A stretch of DNA of 64,000 nt from Octopus vulgaris. Its lineage: Eukaryota. A program made the translations under genes and the position numbers. The stretch is taken from assembly GCA_951406725.2 (NCBI GenBank), contig OX597819.1:12338001-12402000 (forward strand), read 5' to 3'. Below are positions 1-11,799 of the stretch, in pieces. The number at the start of each line of letters is the position of its first letter. The stretch's first letter is position 1. The notes below the pieces were generated by a model. The model was not told the origin of the DNA. It did not search any database and saw nothing but the letters and a program-made list of their open reading frames with translations.

Positions 1-749
1 AGCACATTAAATTAGTTAGTCTCATTTTTGATATTTTCAGTGTCATTAATTATAATAATACATTTGTAAAAGCTAACACTTATTTTCCAAGCTAAGATTC
101 GAAACTGCATCTAAGGATTATTGCTCGTCTGATCCACCATTGGCCAAACAGGCACGAAAGGAATTTTTTTGACCTGTCAAAAAATGATGGATGGATTTCC
201 CTTTGACCTCGGACCTGAGTAGTGTCACTGAAGGTTCAAGTGGACAGGAGGCAACCTACATAGGTAGAAATTACTCCTGTGGTATGTTTGTCCTTTTACC
301 TGGGATCACCATTATAAATACAGTCAGACACATGACAGATAAACAGATAGCCATCAACAGGCAAATGGTCAAGAGACAGCAGACAACAGAGAACCACATA
401 TTCAGCATGAATTACCCAACACAGTAGCGGTCACAGAACATAAACAGACATGACCAAATGACCAACGCACACACAGACACAAAAAATGTCTGGTTCCACC
501 TCATCACATCAACACAGCATATCTCCAGTTCATTTTTTACTTTACCAACTCGAAGCAGATTGGTAACATCATGTAGCAGCTTTCCTTGTGTATACCACAC
601 ATAAATCCAAGTGTCGATTAAATAAATCATTTAAACCACAATCCAATGCTTGTTTTACTTTGTTGTCGTCAACATCTGCTACATCAACAATATCTTTTGC
701 TACACATTTATCATAACTATTATTATACTTTTAACGTAACTTTTAAATG

Positions 750-1262
750 TCTTGCTATGCTAGAGTAAGAATAGCCTGGACAAAGTTCAGCGAGCTCTTA
801 CCCCTGCTGGTGACAAAAGGCCTCTCGCTCAGAGTAAAAGGCAGACTGTATGATGCATGTGTACGAACAGCCATGCCACATGGTAGTGAAACATGGGCCG
901 TGACTGCTGAGGATATGCGTAAGCTCGCAAGAAATGAAGCCAGTATGCTCCGATGGATGTGTAATGTCAGTGTTCGTACTCAACAGAGTGTAAGTACCTT
1001 GAGAAAAAAGATGGCACGTAAAAAAAACACCTTCTGAGCATAGTCATTGCCAGTACCGCCTGACTGGCCCTCATGCTGGTGGCATGTAAAAGCACCTGCT
1101 ACACTCTCGGAGCAGTTGGCATTAGAAAGGGCATCAGGCTGTAGAAACTTTGCCAGATGGGATTGGAACTTGGTGCAGCCTTCTGTCTCTCCAGTCCTCA
1201 GTCAAACCGTCCAACCCATGCTGGCATGGAAAGCGGATGTTAAACAACGTTGGTGATGATGG
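750..1262 (+). mobile_element. RTE-clade LINE fragment (RT C-terminal piece joined to the 3' tail)
   Basis: Peptide KGRLYDACVRTAMPHGSETW is nearly identical to the 32740 ORF, followed by the family tail ending in GAT repeats. Confidence 0.85.
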
Positions 1263-1515
1263 GGATATTGTGGGAAGACTTTTGCCAAGGGAACCACAGA
1301 GTGGGACTGAACCTAAGGCTGCCTGGTTGGGAAGCAAGTTTCTTAACCACACAGCCACACTTCAGCTGTAGTACAATAACCAACAATAAAAATAAAATAA
1401 CTACAGAATTTAGTTAGCGATAAGGCTAAAACTTTCATTCTCTTTATTCATACATTTTTGGGGTTGTGTTGCTGTAAGAAATTTTCATTATTGTTTCTTC
1501 ATACACCTGCAGAAT

Positions 1516-1910
1516 CATCATCATCATTGTTGTTTAACGTCCACTTTCCATGCTGGCATGGGTTAGACAATTTGATTGAGGACTGGCAAGCCAGGCAACT
1601 GTATCAGGCTCCAATCTGATCTGGCAGAGTTTCTACAGCTGGATGCCCTTCCTAACGCCAACCACTCCGAGAGTGTAGTGGGTGCTTTTCCATGCCACTG
1701 GCATGAGGGCCAGTCAGGTGGTACTGGCAACGGCCACGTTCAAAAGGTGTTTTTTATGTGCCACCTGCACAGGAGCCAGTCTGGCAGCACTGACAACAAC
1801 CACGCTCAAATGTAGTCTTTCATGTGCCAGTACGGCGACACTGGCAACGATCATGCTCGAATGGTGCTTTTTAAGTGCCATTGGCATGGGAGCCAGTCAG
1901 CGGCCCTGGC
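1516..1910 (-). mobile_element. RTE 3' UTR/tail copy
   Basis: Matches the 32243-32560 tail (CATCATC...TTTAACGTCC...GGATGCCCTTCCTAACGCC). Confidence 0.85.
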
Positions 1911-1930
1911 AATGAAGAAATACAACTTAC

Positions 1931-1968
1931 CTTTGGATTTGTTTTGGTACCTCTGAGATCTCGACCTC
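1931..1968 (-). CDS. Gene A exon 6 (GGRDLRGTKTNPK), SRA finger loop; the gene continues beyond the left edge
   Basis: CCAG acceptor, GTAAGT donor, 38 bp, phase 1/0. GGRDL follows YTG as in SRA domains. Confidence 0.9.
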
Positions 1969-2170
1969 CTGGTAATATGAAGAAGAAAGGATTCAACGAT
2001 AACAACACAAATGTAGAATGGTTTAGTAAAGCTAATAAGTAACGTCACAATATATTCCTGTTGTTGATTGTTTAGATTGCTACACTAGTGGTCTAAGGAC
2101 TATTGGTTTGTAGGCGCAGTTACCCCACTCCCATAGTGGGTTTAAACACACTGGCACTATTGGCACTAGA

Positions 2171-2382
2171 CGTGGAGGCGCAATGGCCCAGTGGTTAGGG
2201 CAGCGGACCCGCGGTCATAGGATCGCGGTTTCGATTCCCAGACCAGGCATTGTGAGTGTTTATTGAGCGAAAACACCTAAAGCTCCACGAGGCTCCGGCA
2301 GGGGATGGTACGAGCAGGCTGTACCGTTGATTCGGATCAACCGGAACCCTTGTCGTCGTAACTGACGGAGTGCTTCCATCCC
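2171..2382 (+). mobile_element. SINE family 2 (tRNA-derived head GGAGGCGCAATGGCCCAGTGGTTAGGGC) with a 12-bp TSD
   Basis: ATTGGCACTAGA at 2159-2170 and 2383-2394. Same head on the minus strand at ~3330-3620, ~48150-48490 and ~48760-49040. Confidence 0.85.
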
Positions 2383-3807
2383 ATTGGCACTAGAGTGTGA
2401 GATTCTGGCACGAACCCTTAGGACTATCTCGGCATTGAAACACAAGACTATGAAGATGTAACCTGTTACAGTAGCAGATATGAATTCACACACAGAAGAC
2501 TACGGCATCCATGCATCAAACCATTTTCATTTATCATTCAGCTGGTGTATATATGTGCAGCCACATTAAAAGGTATATAAAGTCACAGCCTAGTTTTATG
2601 TATTCTTTATACCGGGTTTCTTGTCAAATGATATTACTCTGAGTAGAGTCACATTAGGTGGAATACAACCCATTCACCTCAAAGTTCTTATTTAATGTCC
2701 ATGCTCTATGATGGCTTATGTTGGACAGTTTGATAAGATCCAATATGTCTAAGCACAGTTTCTGCAGCTGGATGCCTTTCCAAACACCAACTACTTTACA
2801 GATTATGCTGAGTGCTTTGTTTTTTTTCATGCTAGCTGCACTAGTGAGGTCACTATGCAGCCTGCAAGACAGCGAACCTCCAGTAGAAGTAACGTTAGGC
2901 TAGATGAGGGTTAAAATGTGAGAGAAGGGGCCAAAGCAGAACAGGTTTCTCGCTGTAGAGGAGCCACATGGCTAAACATTTTAGAAAAGATGGTGTGAGT
3001 GATCAGTGTGAAGCTGGAAAGAAAGATAAAAGTGTGGTGATGCAGTTTATGGACGGACCTTCAGGGTATGAGAGGAGTGGAAGTGAGTGGGGAGACAGAG
3101 TAGGATGGATGAAAGGGTGAAGTGATGTAGGTGACCAATGTAAAGATTTGAGTGGGGCTGAAGGGTGGATAAGGGGTGGGAGATGACCAATGGTGTACAA
3201 ATTGGGGGAGGTAGCAGGAGTAGAGCAGCAGAATAGTAAGAATTATATGGTAAACAGATGAGGGATGATATGTAGTAGAGTAGGTTGCAGGAATGTTATG
3301 AGTAGTTCAAATCTATAATAAAATATCATCACGTCACCATCCAGTCCATCAGATGTAGTTACACATTGCTGGTCACAATGCGTTCGCATTGTTTTAGCCT
3401 TTGAATGACGCCACCCCGCTGGCTAAGCGAGCAGGCCAACAGAAGAAGAAAGAGTGGTGAAAGAGTACAGCAGGGATCACCCCCGCCCCCCCGCCAGAGC
3501 CTCGTGGAGCTTTTAGGTGTTTTCGCTCAATAAACACTCACCACGCCCGGTCTGGGAATCGAAACCGCGATCCTACGACCGCGAGTCCGCTGCCCTAACC
3601 ACTAGGCCATTGCGCCTCCACATAATAAAATATATGAAATGGAATTGACATCTGGATTTGAACCCAATACAATGATAGAGGGATAAATTTGCTTTGATTA
3701 GGAACAATACCAGTCTGTAGGAAGAACAGACATTTTGATGGTGGTGGTCATGCTGGTTCTACCACCACTACATTAATTAAATTAGAAGAGATGAATGAAA
3801 GACCTAC

Positions 3808-3923
3808 CTGCTCCTGTGTATGTGAAGCATTCTCCAAAATCTAAATCATCTTCATAGCCACCTGACAGAGCAATAGAATATGCTCCTTCTGTTTCACTTC
3901 CATGGATACCAGCAACTGTAGGT
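3808..3923 (-). CDS. Gene A exon 5 ([39 protein letters not shown]), SRA 5mC-pocket region
   Basis: CTTCAG acceptor, GTAGGT donor, 116 bp, phase 2/1. Carries the hallmark SRA motifs AGIHG, GAYS, GGYEDD and FTYTG. Confidence 0.95.
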
Positions 3924-4431
3924 CTGAAGAAGACATGTGTGATTAAGAAAGAAGAAAAACCACCAACAGCAATAAATCTAAACTATTTTCAAACATTTAA
4001 AATAGTGTGTGAATGGACAGCATAACGCACGAGACCCCCTCTTATCCAAATAAAGTATTCCTCATTTATGATACATGAATGCATTCAAATTTCTGGGATT
4101 TTATTAATTCTTTAAACTAAGTAATGCATTTAGCAGCAAGAAATTCCAAGGGATTAACATTAAACCCAAGTAACCCCAAAGAATTCCATTGTTCATTGTT
4201 CCCTTAAACAGATAGATGGTAACTTTAGTAGGTCAAGAACAGATTATTACAGCAAAAGGTATCCCAATAATCAAGAGTAACTTGTAAAATTTTCTTTTCT
4301 TGATCAATATTGACAAAATTGTAATTCTATTTCTATATAAAGATATCATTTGGACTCTAATCAGACACAATCAATTAGAACTAAGGCCAATTAAAAAAAC
4401 TGACTATTTCATCTTTATTGTAATCTATCTA

Positions 4432-4822
4432 GGTGCAGGAGTGGCTGTGTGGTAAGTAGCTTGTTTACCAATCACATGGTTCCGGGTTCAGTCCCACTGC
4501 GTAGCACCTTGGGCAAGTGTCTACTATGGCATCGTGCCGACCAAAGTCTTGTGAGTGGATTTGGTAGACGGAAACTGAAAAGAAGCCCTTCGTATATATA
4601 TATATATATATATATGCGTGTGTGTTTGTGTTTGTCCCCCTAGCATTGTTTGACAACCGATGCTGGTGTGTTTATGTCCCCGTTACTTAGCGGTTCGGCA
4701 AAAGAGACCGATAGCATAAGTACTGGGCTTACAAAAGAATAAGTCCCAGGGTTGAGTTGCTCGATTAAAGGCGGTGCTCCAGCATGGCCGCAGTCAAATG
4801 ACTGAAACAAGAGTAAAAGAGT
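4432..4822 (+). mobile_element. SINE family 1 (tRNA-like head, CORE-like segment, internal TA/TG microsatellite, GTAAAAGA tail)
   Basis: A/B-box-like head (GTGGCTGTGTGG...GGTTCAGTCCC), CCTTGGGCAAGT core, more than 15 copies in the window. Confidence 0.9.
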
Positions 4823-5045
4823 ATCTAGAACTACATTATTGAATGTGTCCAGCTGTTTTTAAGAAAAGAAGATATCTGGTTGCTATCTTTAGCATGTTGA
4901 GTGACCACATAGAACAAAACCAATCAATTTAGCTGTCAAATTCTTATTCTCTGTAAGTTCAGAAAACAAGCATATTTGGCCGAAATATGTGTGAATTGGT
5001 AACTGAAGTTCTCACTCTTCCAAGTATAACAATCAAGTAACTTAC

Positions 5046-5106
5046 CTGTGGATTCCAGCATAGCTACACTCCACTCGGGACTGCCACCAGGTGCCGACTT
5101 CTACAC
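5046..5106 (-). CDS. Gene A exon 4 (GVEVGTWWQSRVECSYAGIHR), SRA domain
   Basis: CAG acceptor, GTAAG donor, 61 bp, phase 1/2. Aligns with the UHRF1-type [21 protein letters not shown]. Confidence 0.93.
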
Positions 5107-5490
5107 CTGTCAGATACGAGAAACATGATAAATTTTATTGACAAGGTAGGTAATAAATAAAAGCTATTATTTATTAAGGAATAAACATTTATGTCACTCT
5201 TTGACTAGTTTCAATTACTGGACTGCAACCATGCTGAGGAACAACCATCAAAGGTGTTGGTCACTTACACTGACTCAAGAATTTTACTTCTTGGTAACTT
5301 TATAACAAGGAAAAGTAAAATTGACCGAGGCATAAAGGGAGGTAATCACAATGTAACAGAACAGCTAAATTAGAAGCAAGTTCAGGTGGTGAGCTGGCAG
5401 AATTATTATCGCCACAGAGAAAATGCTTAGTGGCATTTCTTCTGATTATGTTTTGAGTTCAAATGCTGCCAGGGTCAATATAACTGACAT

Positions 5491-5855
5491 AGGCGTAGGA
5501 GTGGCTGTGTGGTAAGTAGCTTGCTTACCAACCACATGGTTCCAGGTTCAGTCCCACTGCATGGCAACTTGGTCAAGCGTCTTCTACTATAGCCTCAGGC
5601 TGACCAAAGCCATGTGAGTGGATTTGATAGATGAAAACTGAAAGAAGACTGTCGTATATATGTATGTGTGTCTGTGTATGTACACCCAACATCGCTTGAC
5701 AACCAATGCTGGTGTGTCTATGCTTCCGTAACTTAGCAGTTCGACAAAAGAGACTGATAGAATAAGTACTAGGCTTACAACGAATAAGTCCTGGGGTTGA
5801 TTTGCCTGACTAAAGGCGGTGCTCCAGTATGGCCAGTCAAATGACTGAAACAAGA
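5491..5855 (+). mobile_element. SINE family 1 copy
   Basis: Colinear with 4432-4822. Confidence 0.85.
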
Positions 5856-5976
5856 GCATACCTCCTCCTCCCAAATTGCTGGCCTTGTGCCAAAATTTGA
5901 AACCAAATTACAAGCAAGTTTGTCTGATGCTCCATGGAGTCTGGAACCTGCTTGCCAAACTCAGTTTTATTATATA

Positions 5977-6380
5977 CTAGCAGTATCGCCCAGCGTTGCT
6001 CGAGGTTTGTAAGGGAAATAACTATATAAGTATTTTTAGAGATGTAAAGTATAATAGCCATCTCAATATGGCTAACCACAAAGGGGGGAGGGGTTACTGT
6101 AGCTTTCTACGTTCTGAGATTTAATAATAAATTTTTAGAGAGTTACTTCCCTTATATAATAGCGAAAAAAATGCATTAAAAATGGGAAAAATTGATGGTA
6201 AATTTTTTTTAAAATTGTAGACTCATCGTAGACGCGCGCTAATTCCCAGAAGGGCTCGATATGAATCATGACTATAAGATACCCGGTTTTTGGTTAAACT
6301 GCACCGCAAAATGTGGGTGTAGTTAGGAATCTAAATCGTAGGAGACAGACAGCACACAACCTCTCTTTTATATACAAAGA
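5977..6380 (-). mobile_element. Non-autonomous Helitron
   Basis: 5' TC start, subterminal GC hairpin, CTAG 3' end, inserted at A|T. Confidence 0.8.
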
Positions 6381-6689
6381 TTTCTGTGTGAATACGTTTC
6401 AGTCTGGACAAAAAGCTGGTAGGCAACGGAAGTTTTAGCAAAGACATCACAACAAATATTGATGAAATGGTTTCCCCTGTGTGAATCCATTAGTGATTAG
6501 ATAAATTTGTAGGTATGGCTGTGGGAGGTTTGCTCCCTAATTACATGATTTCAGGTTCAGTCCCACTGTATGCCACTCTGGATTGGTGTCTTCTATAAGC
6601 GCTGGGCTGACTACAGCTTTGTAAGTGGAATTGGCAGATGGAAACTGAACAGGAACCCTACAAACTGCAGCACGGACAACTTTCTAGGA

Positions 6690-6830
6690 CAGTGGTTCTC
6701 AACATTTTTATTTAAACAAGTTTCTCCATGGACCCCTTTTAATATGCTTATCCTTATGTGTATGTGTGTATGTGAGTGCGAGTATATATATATGTATATA
6801 TATGTGTATGTGAGTGTGAGTATATATATG

Positions 6831-6885
<55 letters not shown>

Positions 6886-7333
6886 ATATTGTGAAGCCGC
6901 ATGTCTCAATGGTTAGAGCGTCGAGCTTAGGATCGTGAGGTTGTGAGCTTGAATCCCGGACTGGGCTGCATGTTGTGTTCTTGAGCAAGACACTTTATTT
7001 CACGTTGCTCCAATTCAATCAGCTGTAGAAATTAGTTGTGACATCACAGGTGCCAAGCTGTATCGGCCCCTTTGCCTTTCCCTTGGATAACATCAGTGGT
7101 GTGGAGAGGGGAGGCCGGTATGCATGGGCGACTGCTGGTCCTCCATAAACAACCTTGCCCGGACTTGTGCCTGGAAGGGTAACTTTCTAGGTGCAATCCC
7201 ATGGTCTGTGTCATGACCGAAGGGGGTCCAGATATATATATATATATCCGAGACCCTGAATTTAGTTCATGGAGTCCTAGAACTACCTTTGTGGATGACT
7301 AAAGGACCACGGACCCCAGGTTGGAAACCACTG
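6690..7333. mobile_element. hAT (Charlie-like) MITE
   Basis: TIRs CAGTGGTTCTCAAC / GTTGGAAACCACTG; 8-bp TSD TTCTAGGA / ATCTAGGA. Confidence 0.8.
6893..7228 (+). mobile_element. SINE family 4 (tRNA head, TTGTGTTCTTGAGCAAGACACTT core), nested in a hAT MITE
   Basis: Second copy at ~25563-25880. Related heads on the minus strand at ~20790-21030, 41105-41283 and 42010-42340. Confidence 0.75.
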
Positions 7334-7747
7334 ATCTAGGAGGACAATAACTCTGAATAAGAATACACAGAAAGTAATGGGGATAGAATGAAATATAATT
7401 TGTTCATGACTATGTGTAAAATGAATGGAATACTTCAACTTTCACCTAACTTGGACATAGAATTTTTAAAAATCATTGTTTTATTGCCCTCTTTTCTATG
7501 CTTGCAACCATCAAATGAAATTCATTGAGGCAGATTTTCTATGACTAGATGCCCTTCCTGTTATGAGCTGTCCAAGGAAGGTGTGACACGTAAAAAGCAC
7601 CCACTACACTCGCGGAGTGGTTGGCGTTAGGAAGGGCATCCAGCCGTAGAAACTCTGCCAGATCGGACTGGAGCAGCCCCTGGCTTCCCAGACCCCGGTC
7701 GAACCGTCCAACACGTGCTAGCGCAGAAAACGGATGTTTAAACGATG

Positions 7748-7895
7748 ATCATACAAGCAGTGTCCTTCATTGCCAATCTTCCCTGAAAACATATCTGAGC
7801 ATGGATATGTGTGTGTATATATATATATATATATATCTCCATGCTCAGATATGTTTTCAGGGAAGATTGGCAATGAAGGACACTGCTTGTATGAT
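7748..7895. repeat. Perfect inverted repeat with 58-bp arms around a (TG)/(TA) spacer
   Basis: 7748-7805 is the exact reverse complement of 7838-7895. Confidence 0.92.
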
Positions 7896-8119
7896 GGTTG
7901 GGAAGCAAGCCCCTCAAAATCACAGCAATGCTTGCACCTATAAACCACACAAAGAGAATAAAGAGACACCTGTCCAAACCGTCATTTGCTGTGGGATTGA
8001 ACCCAGAATCACTGATTATGAAATTGAACTTCTTAATCCTACAGAGACATCTAAGGAAAGCTATGATAGTGACAAAAGCTACACAGAGTATTGCTATTAG
8101 CAAGGATAAGAAGCCTCAC

Positions 8120-8222
8120 CTTCAATTGAACCAAATGTATTTTCTCGAAACTGAGGAATTCTCTTAGCTGGAGAAGGTTTATCCTCATCAAGAAGTTCAA
8201 TAAAATTGTTTTCAGATGGTTT
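8120..8222 (-). CDS. Gene A exon 3 (KPSENNFIELLDEDKPSPAKRIPQFRENTFGSIEG), start of the SRA domain
   Basis: TTTTCTAG acceptor, GTGAGG donor, 103 bp, phase 0/1. FGSIEG corresponds to the SRA 'YGPIPG' motif. Confidence 0.9.
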
Positions 8223-9307
8223 CTAGAAAAAACAAGAAAATTGTTAAAATTAGGGTCAGGGGGAAATCGTACTAATAATAAATTATTTTTACAGGTGAAG
8301 TTGCTGAAGACTTGGTATTTAGAGTTGTGTTTCTGACTTTTCGTTTCCTTAGATGGTTTAGCCAGGACAGACTTCTGTATGTGACCTTTGCAGATCCTCC
8401 CAGACTGGCAGATAGCAAGATTAATGCACTTCAGTTTAAATGAACAATAATCACTTTAACCCCCCACCACTTTTTTTTAACCATATTTCTGTTGGAATTC
8501 ACTGCCTTTCTTTCAATTAATTTTGAAACTTTTAAAGAATATAGTAAAATAACTTTTTTTTAAATTGGAAGCAGGAACATGAATCAACATGGAATTTGGA
8601 CGTATGTTTAAATTTAGATCATATCAACCCTTTAGTTACCATATTTCTGCTGAAATTCACTGCTTTTGTTTCAATTAATTTCAAAAATAAAGAACTTATT
8701 AAAATAACTGCCATTATTAAACTGGTATTTGGAATATAAATAAACATGAAGTGTTTATAAGAGGTTTTAATTAAAATCACTTAAGACATGAAGTTGGTAT
8801 CCTAGAACCATAAGTGATCACAAAAACCAGATTGGCATCATCATCATTAAGTGTTCGTTGTCCATGCTGGCATGGATTGGACAGTCTGACCAGGGCTGGG
8901 AAGCTGAGGTGCTGCACCAGACTCCTGTCCAATTCGGCATGGTTTCTATGACTGGATGCCCTTCCTAACTCCAACCACTCCAAGAGTGTAATGGGTGCTT
9001 TTATATGCCACCAGCATAGGTGCCATTCATGTAATACCAGTATCTGCCACAACTACAATTTTACTTGGCCAAAGGTCTTGGTCATTTGTCATTGCCTCTG
9101 TGCAAATTTTTGAAGGCCTTTTTTATTATTTTTTGTTAGTAATTAGGTTTATTGTAAAGTTAAAACAACTTTTTTATCTTAAAACAAAGACATTGTGATT
9201 GAAGGATGAACTGTAAACAAATTCTTGGAAGGCTGATAGGTTTTACTGACTTAGATAACACAAGACCAACATTTTCCCAGAAGAATAAACAAAAATTATT
9301 TTCTTAC

Positions 9308-9457
9308 CTCTCCTCTCAATCTACAAGAACGCCTCACAGCACCAACACTGATTGAACCTTCATCTGTGGTAGAGGGTACAGATGATCTTTTGGAAGCCTT
9401 TGGTGTCCACAGTGCTTTGCGTTTAATTGGTTTGTGAACCACTAGAAATTTTTCCAG
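9308..9457 (-). CDS. Gene A exon 2 (LEKFLVVHKPIKRK...VRRSCRLRGE), basic linker with an RRSxRL motif
   Basis: Polypyrimidine-TAG acceptor, GTAAGA donor, 150 bp open frame, phase 0/0. Confidence 0.85.
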
Positions 9458-10646
9458 CTAAAAGGAAAGAAAAAAAAAGTGGGGAATTAAGGCCAAGTTG
9501 TAAGCATTATTTTCTAGCAAAAAAATCCACATCAACTGTGATATCTGCTCTGCATGCATTGTGAACGTATATCACCATAGTCATTGTAAAGTAAATCATC
9601 ATCATTTAACGTCCGCCTTCCATGCTAGCATGGGTTGGATGGTTTGATTGAGGACAAGGCGGCGAGCTGGCAGAAACGTTAGCACGCCGGATGAAATGCT
9701 TAGCGGTATTTCGTTTGCGTTACGTTGTGAGTTCAAATTCTGCCGAGGTTGACTTTGCCTTTCATCCTTTCGGGGTCGATAAATTAAGTACCTGTCCGCA
9801 CTGGGGTCGATGTAATCGACTTAATACCTATGTCTGTCCTTGTTTGTCCCTTCTATGTTTAGCCCCTTGTGCGTAATAAAGAAATAGGTTTGATTGCGGA
9901 CTGGTGAGCCAGATGGCTGCACCAGGCTCCAATCTGACCTAGCAGAGTTTCTACAGCTGGATGCCCTTCCTGACGTCAACCACTCTGAGAGTGTAGTGAG
10001 TGCTTTTACATGCCACCGGCAAGAGGGCCAAGCAGGCAGTACTAGCAATGACCTCACTCGAATATACAATGAACTACAGTGCCTTCTACTATAGCCTCGA
10101 GCTAGCCAAAGCCTTTTGAGTGGATTAGGTAGATGGAAACTGAAAGAAGCACGTCATATGTGTGTGTTCTCTCGCTTTACACTCCTTTAACCTAGTGGTT
10201 CAGTGAAAGAAACTGATGGAATAAATACCTAGGTTAAAAAAGAACAGAGGTTAATTTATTTGACTTAAAAAATTCAAAGTGGTGCCCCAGTATAGCCACA
10301 GTCTAATGACTGAAACAAGTAAAAGATAAAAATATCCTAGGAAAATCTCTTGGGCAAAAAGTTGGGAACCTATTTTATTTTGCAGATTTTAATAAGTGGG
10401 CAAGTGTCCACCAAAAATGAAGTCTAGCATGGTTCTAAATATTATCATCATAATCATTTAACGTCCACTTTTATACTGGCATGCGTTGGATGGTTTAACA
10501 GGAACTGGCCAGCTGAAGAACAACTCGGGCTCATTAAGTTATTTAGACTTTTGAAGCTTTTTAGCAAAGCAGGTGGTAAAAAAATAAATAATACTCATTC
10601 TTGTGCAGACAAAAAAAGCAATATATTACATGGAATTTTTATTTCA

Positions 10647-10977
10647 TCTTTATATATAAAAGTGAGGTCGTGTGTTGTCTGTCTCCTACGATTTAGATTC
10701 CTAACTACTCCCACATTTTCCGGTGCAGTTTAACCAAACCCACATTTTCCGGTGCAGTTTAACCAAAACCGGGTATCTTATAGTCGTGATTCATATTGAG
10801 CCCTTCTGGGTATTAGAGCGCGTCTACGATGAGTCTATGATTAAAAAAAAAATTTACCATCATTTTTTCCCATTTAAAATGCACTTTTTTGCTATTGTAT
10901 AAGGGAGGTAACTCTCTAAAAATGCTTATATAGTTATTTCCCTTACAAACCCGAGCAACGCCAGGCGATACTGCTAG
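10647..10977 (+). mobile_element. Non-autonomous Helitron
   Basis: A|TCTTTATATATAAAAG ... CCCGAGCAACGCCAGGCGATACTGCTAG|T, with a ~29-bp internal tandem duplication. Confidence 0.85.
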
Positions 10978-11559
10978 TTGAATATAAAGCAAAGGCATAA
11001 TTTTCATGAGAGAGAAAAAAATAACTTCTCATTAGAAAAATTAAAAAAAGGATGCATTTTCTATTTAGCTGATGAGGTCTAATAACATCGAAACATATAG
11101 AATTGCTTCCCTTGATCGCCAAAAGAGAAAATATTTAATGACCACACTAGAAAATTTCTTATTAGCTCCGTCCTGCATTAAATATACTAACACTAACTTT
11201 ACTACTTTATATTTGGTGACTTGCTTATCTGGATATGTATTTATAACCAATAAATGGTTTACTTGCAAAACAGCTGTCACCTAAAACCAATATTTTCGAA
11301 TCGACAACACGTAGTCGCGCGAACAGCCAAAAATATCTCCCGAATTACGCCCCTTTCGTTACTGCATCTATTCTGAGATGCTCTGTGTTTCTTTCAATTA
11401 CTTTAAGTATAATAAAGAATTTAGTAAAATAACTTTGTTATCGTTAAGTTAGTGTTAGGAACATAAATTGAGACTAAGGTTTGGTGGAAGATTTTAATGC
11501 AAAACTTATGAAGACAAGACATTTGTACTCAGAGCCAGAGCCGGGTTGGTGTAGAAGAT

Positions 11560-11799
11560 AAAAATTTAGCATAAGAAAACAGGCGGAAGAAAATTTGAAG
11601 AGGGACGAATGAAATGGAGGCCCATGACGACAGCCAACGCTACCTGGCGGAAAACAGATTTTACTAACTTGCAAGGAACGACAACTCTCTAAACAATGGA
11701 TTATTTATCACACTGCCAGCAACCGTGTTCACCGGAGTTTTAAGCTTTATATATATATATATATGTGTGTATATATATATATATATGATGAGGAAACAG
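11560..11799 (+). promoter_or_regulatory. Putative promoter and non-coding first exon of gene B
   Basis: CpG-richer unique region around 11.3-12.8 kb, with GGCGGAA motifs and a good donor (CAG|GTATGT) at 11799/11800. Confidence 0.35.

Noticed and set aside
2174-2250. tRNA-like sequences (also at SINE heads near 3620, 6893 and 48490)
   Set aside because: They continue into SINE bodies (with a TSD at 2159/2383) and lack a proper acceptor stem and poly-T terminator.
1931-9457. Calling gene A 'UHRF1'
   Set aside because: No UBL, TTD or PHD upstream of the SRA and a non-canonical finger loop, so no gene symbol was assigned.
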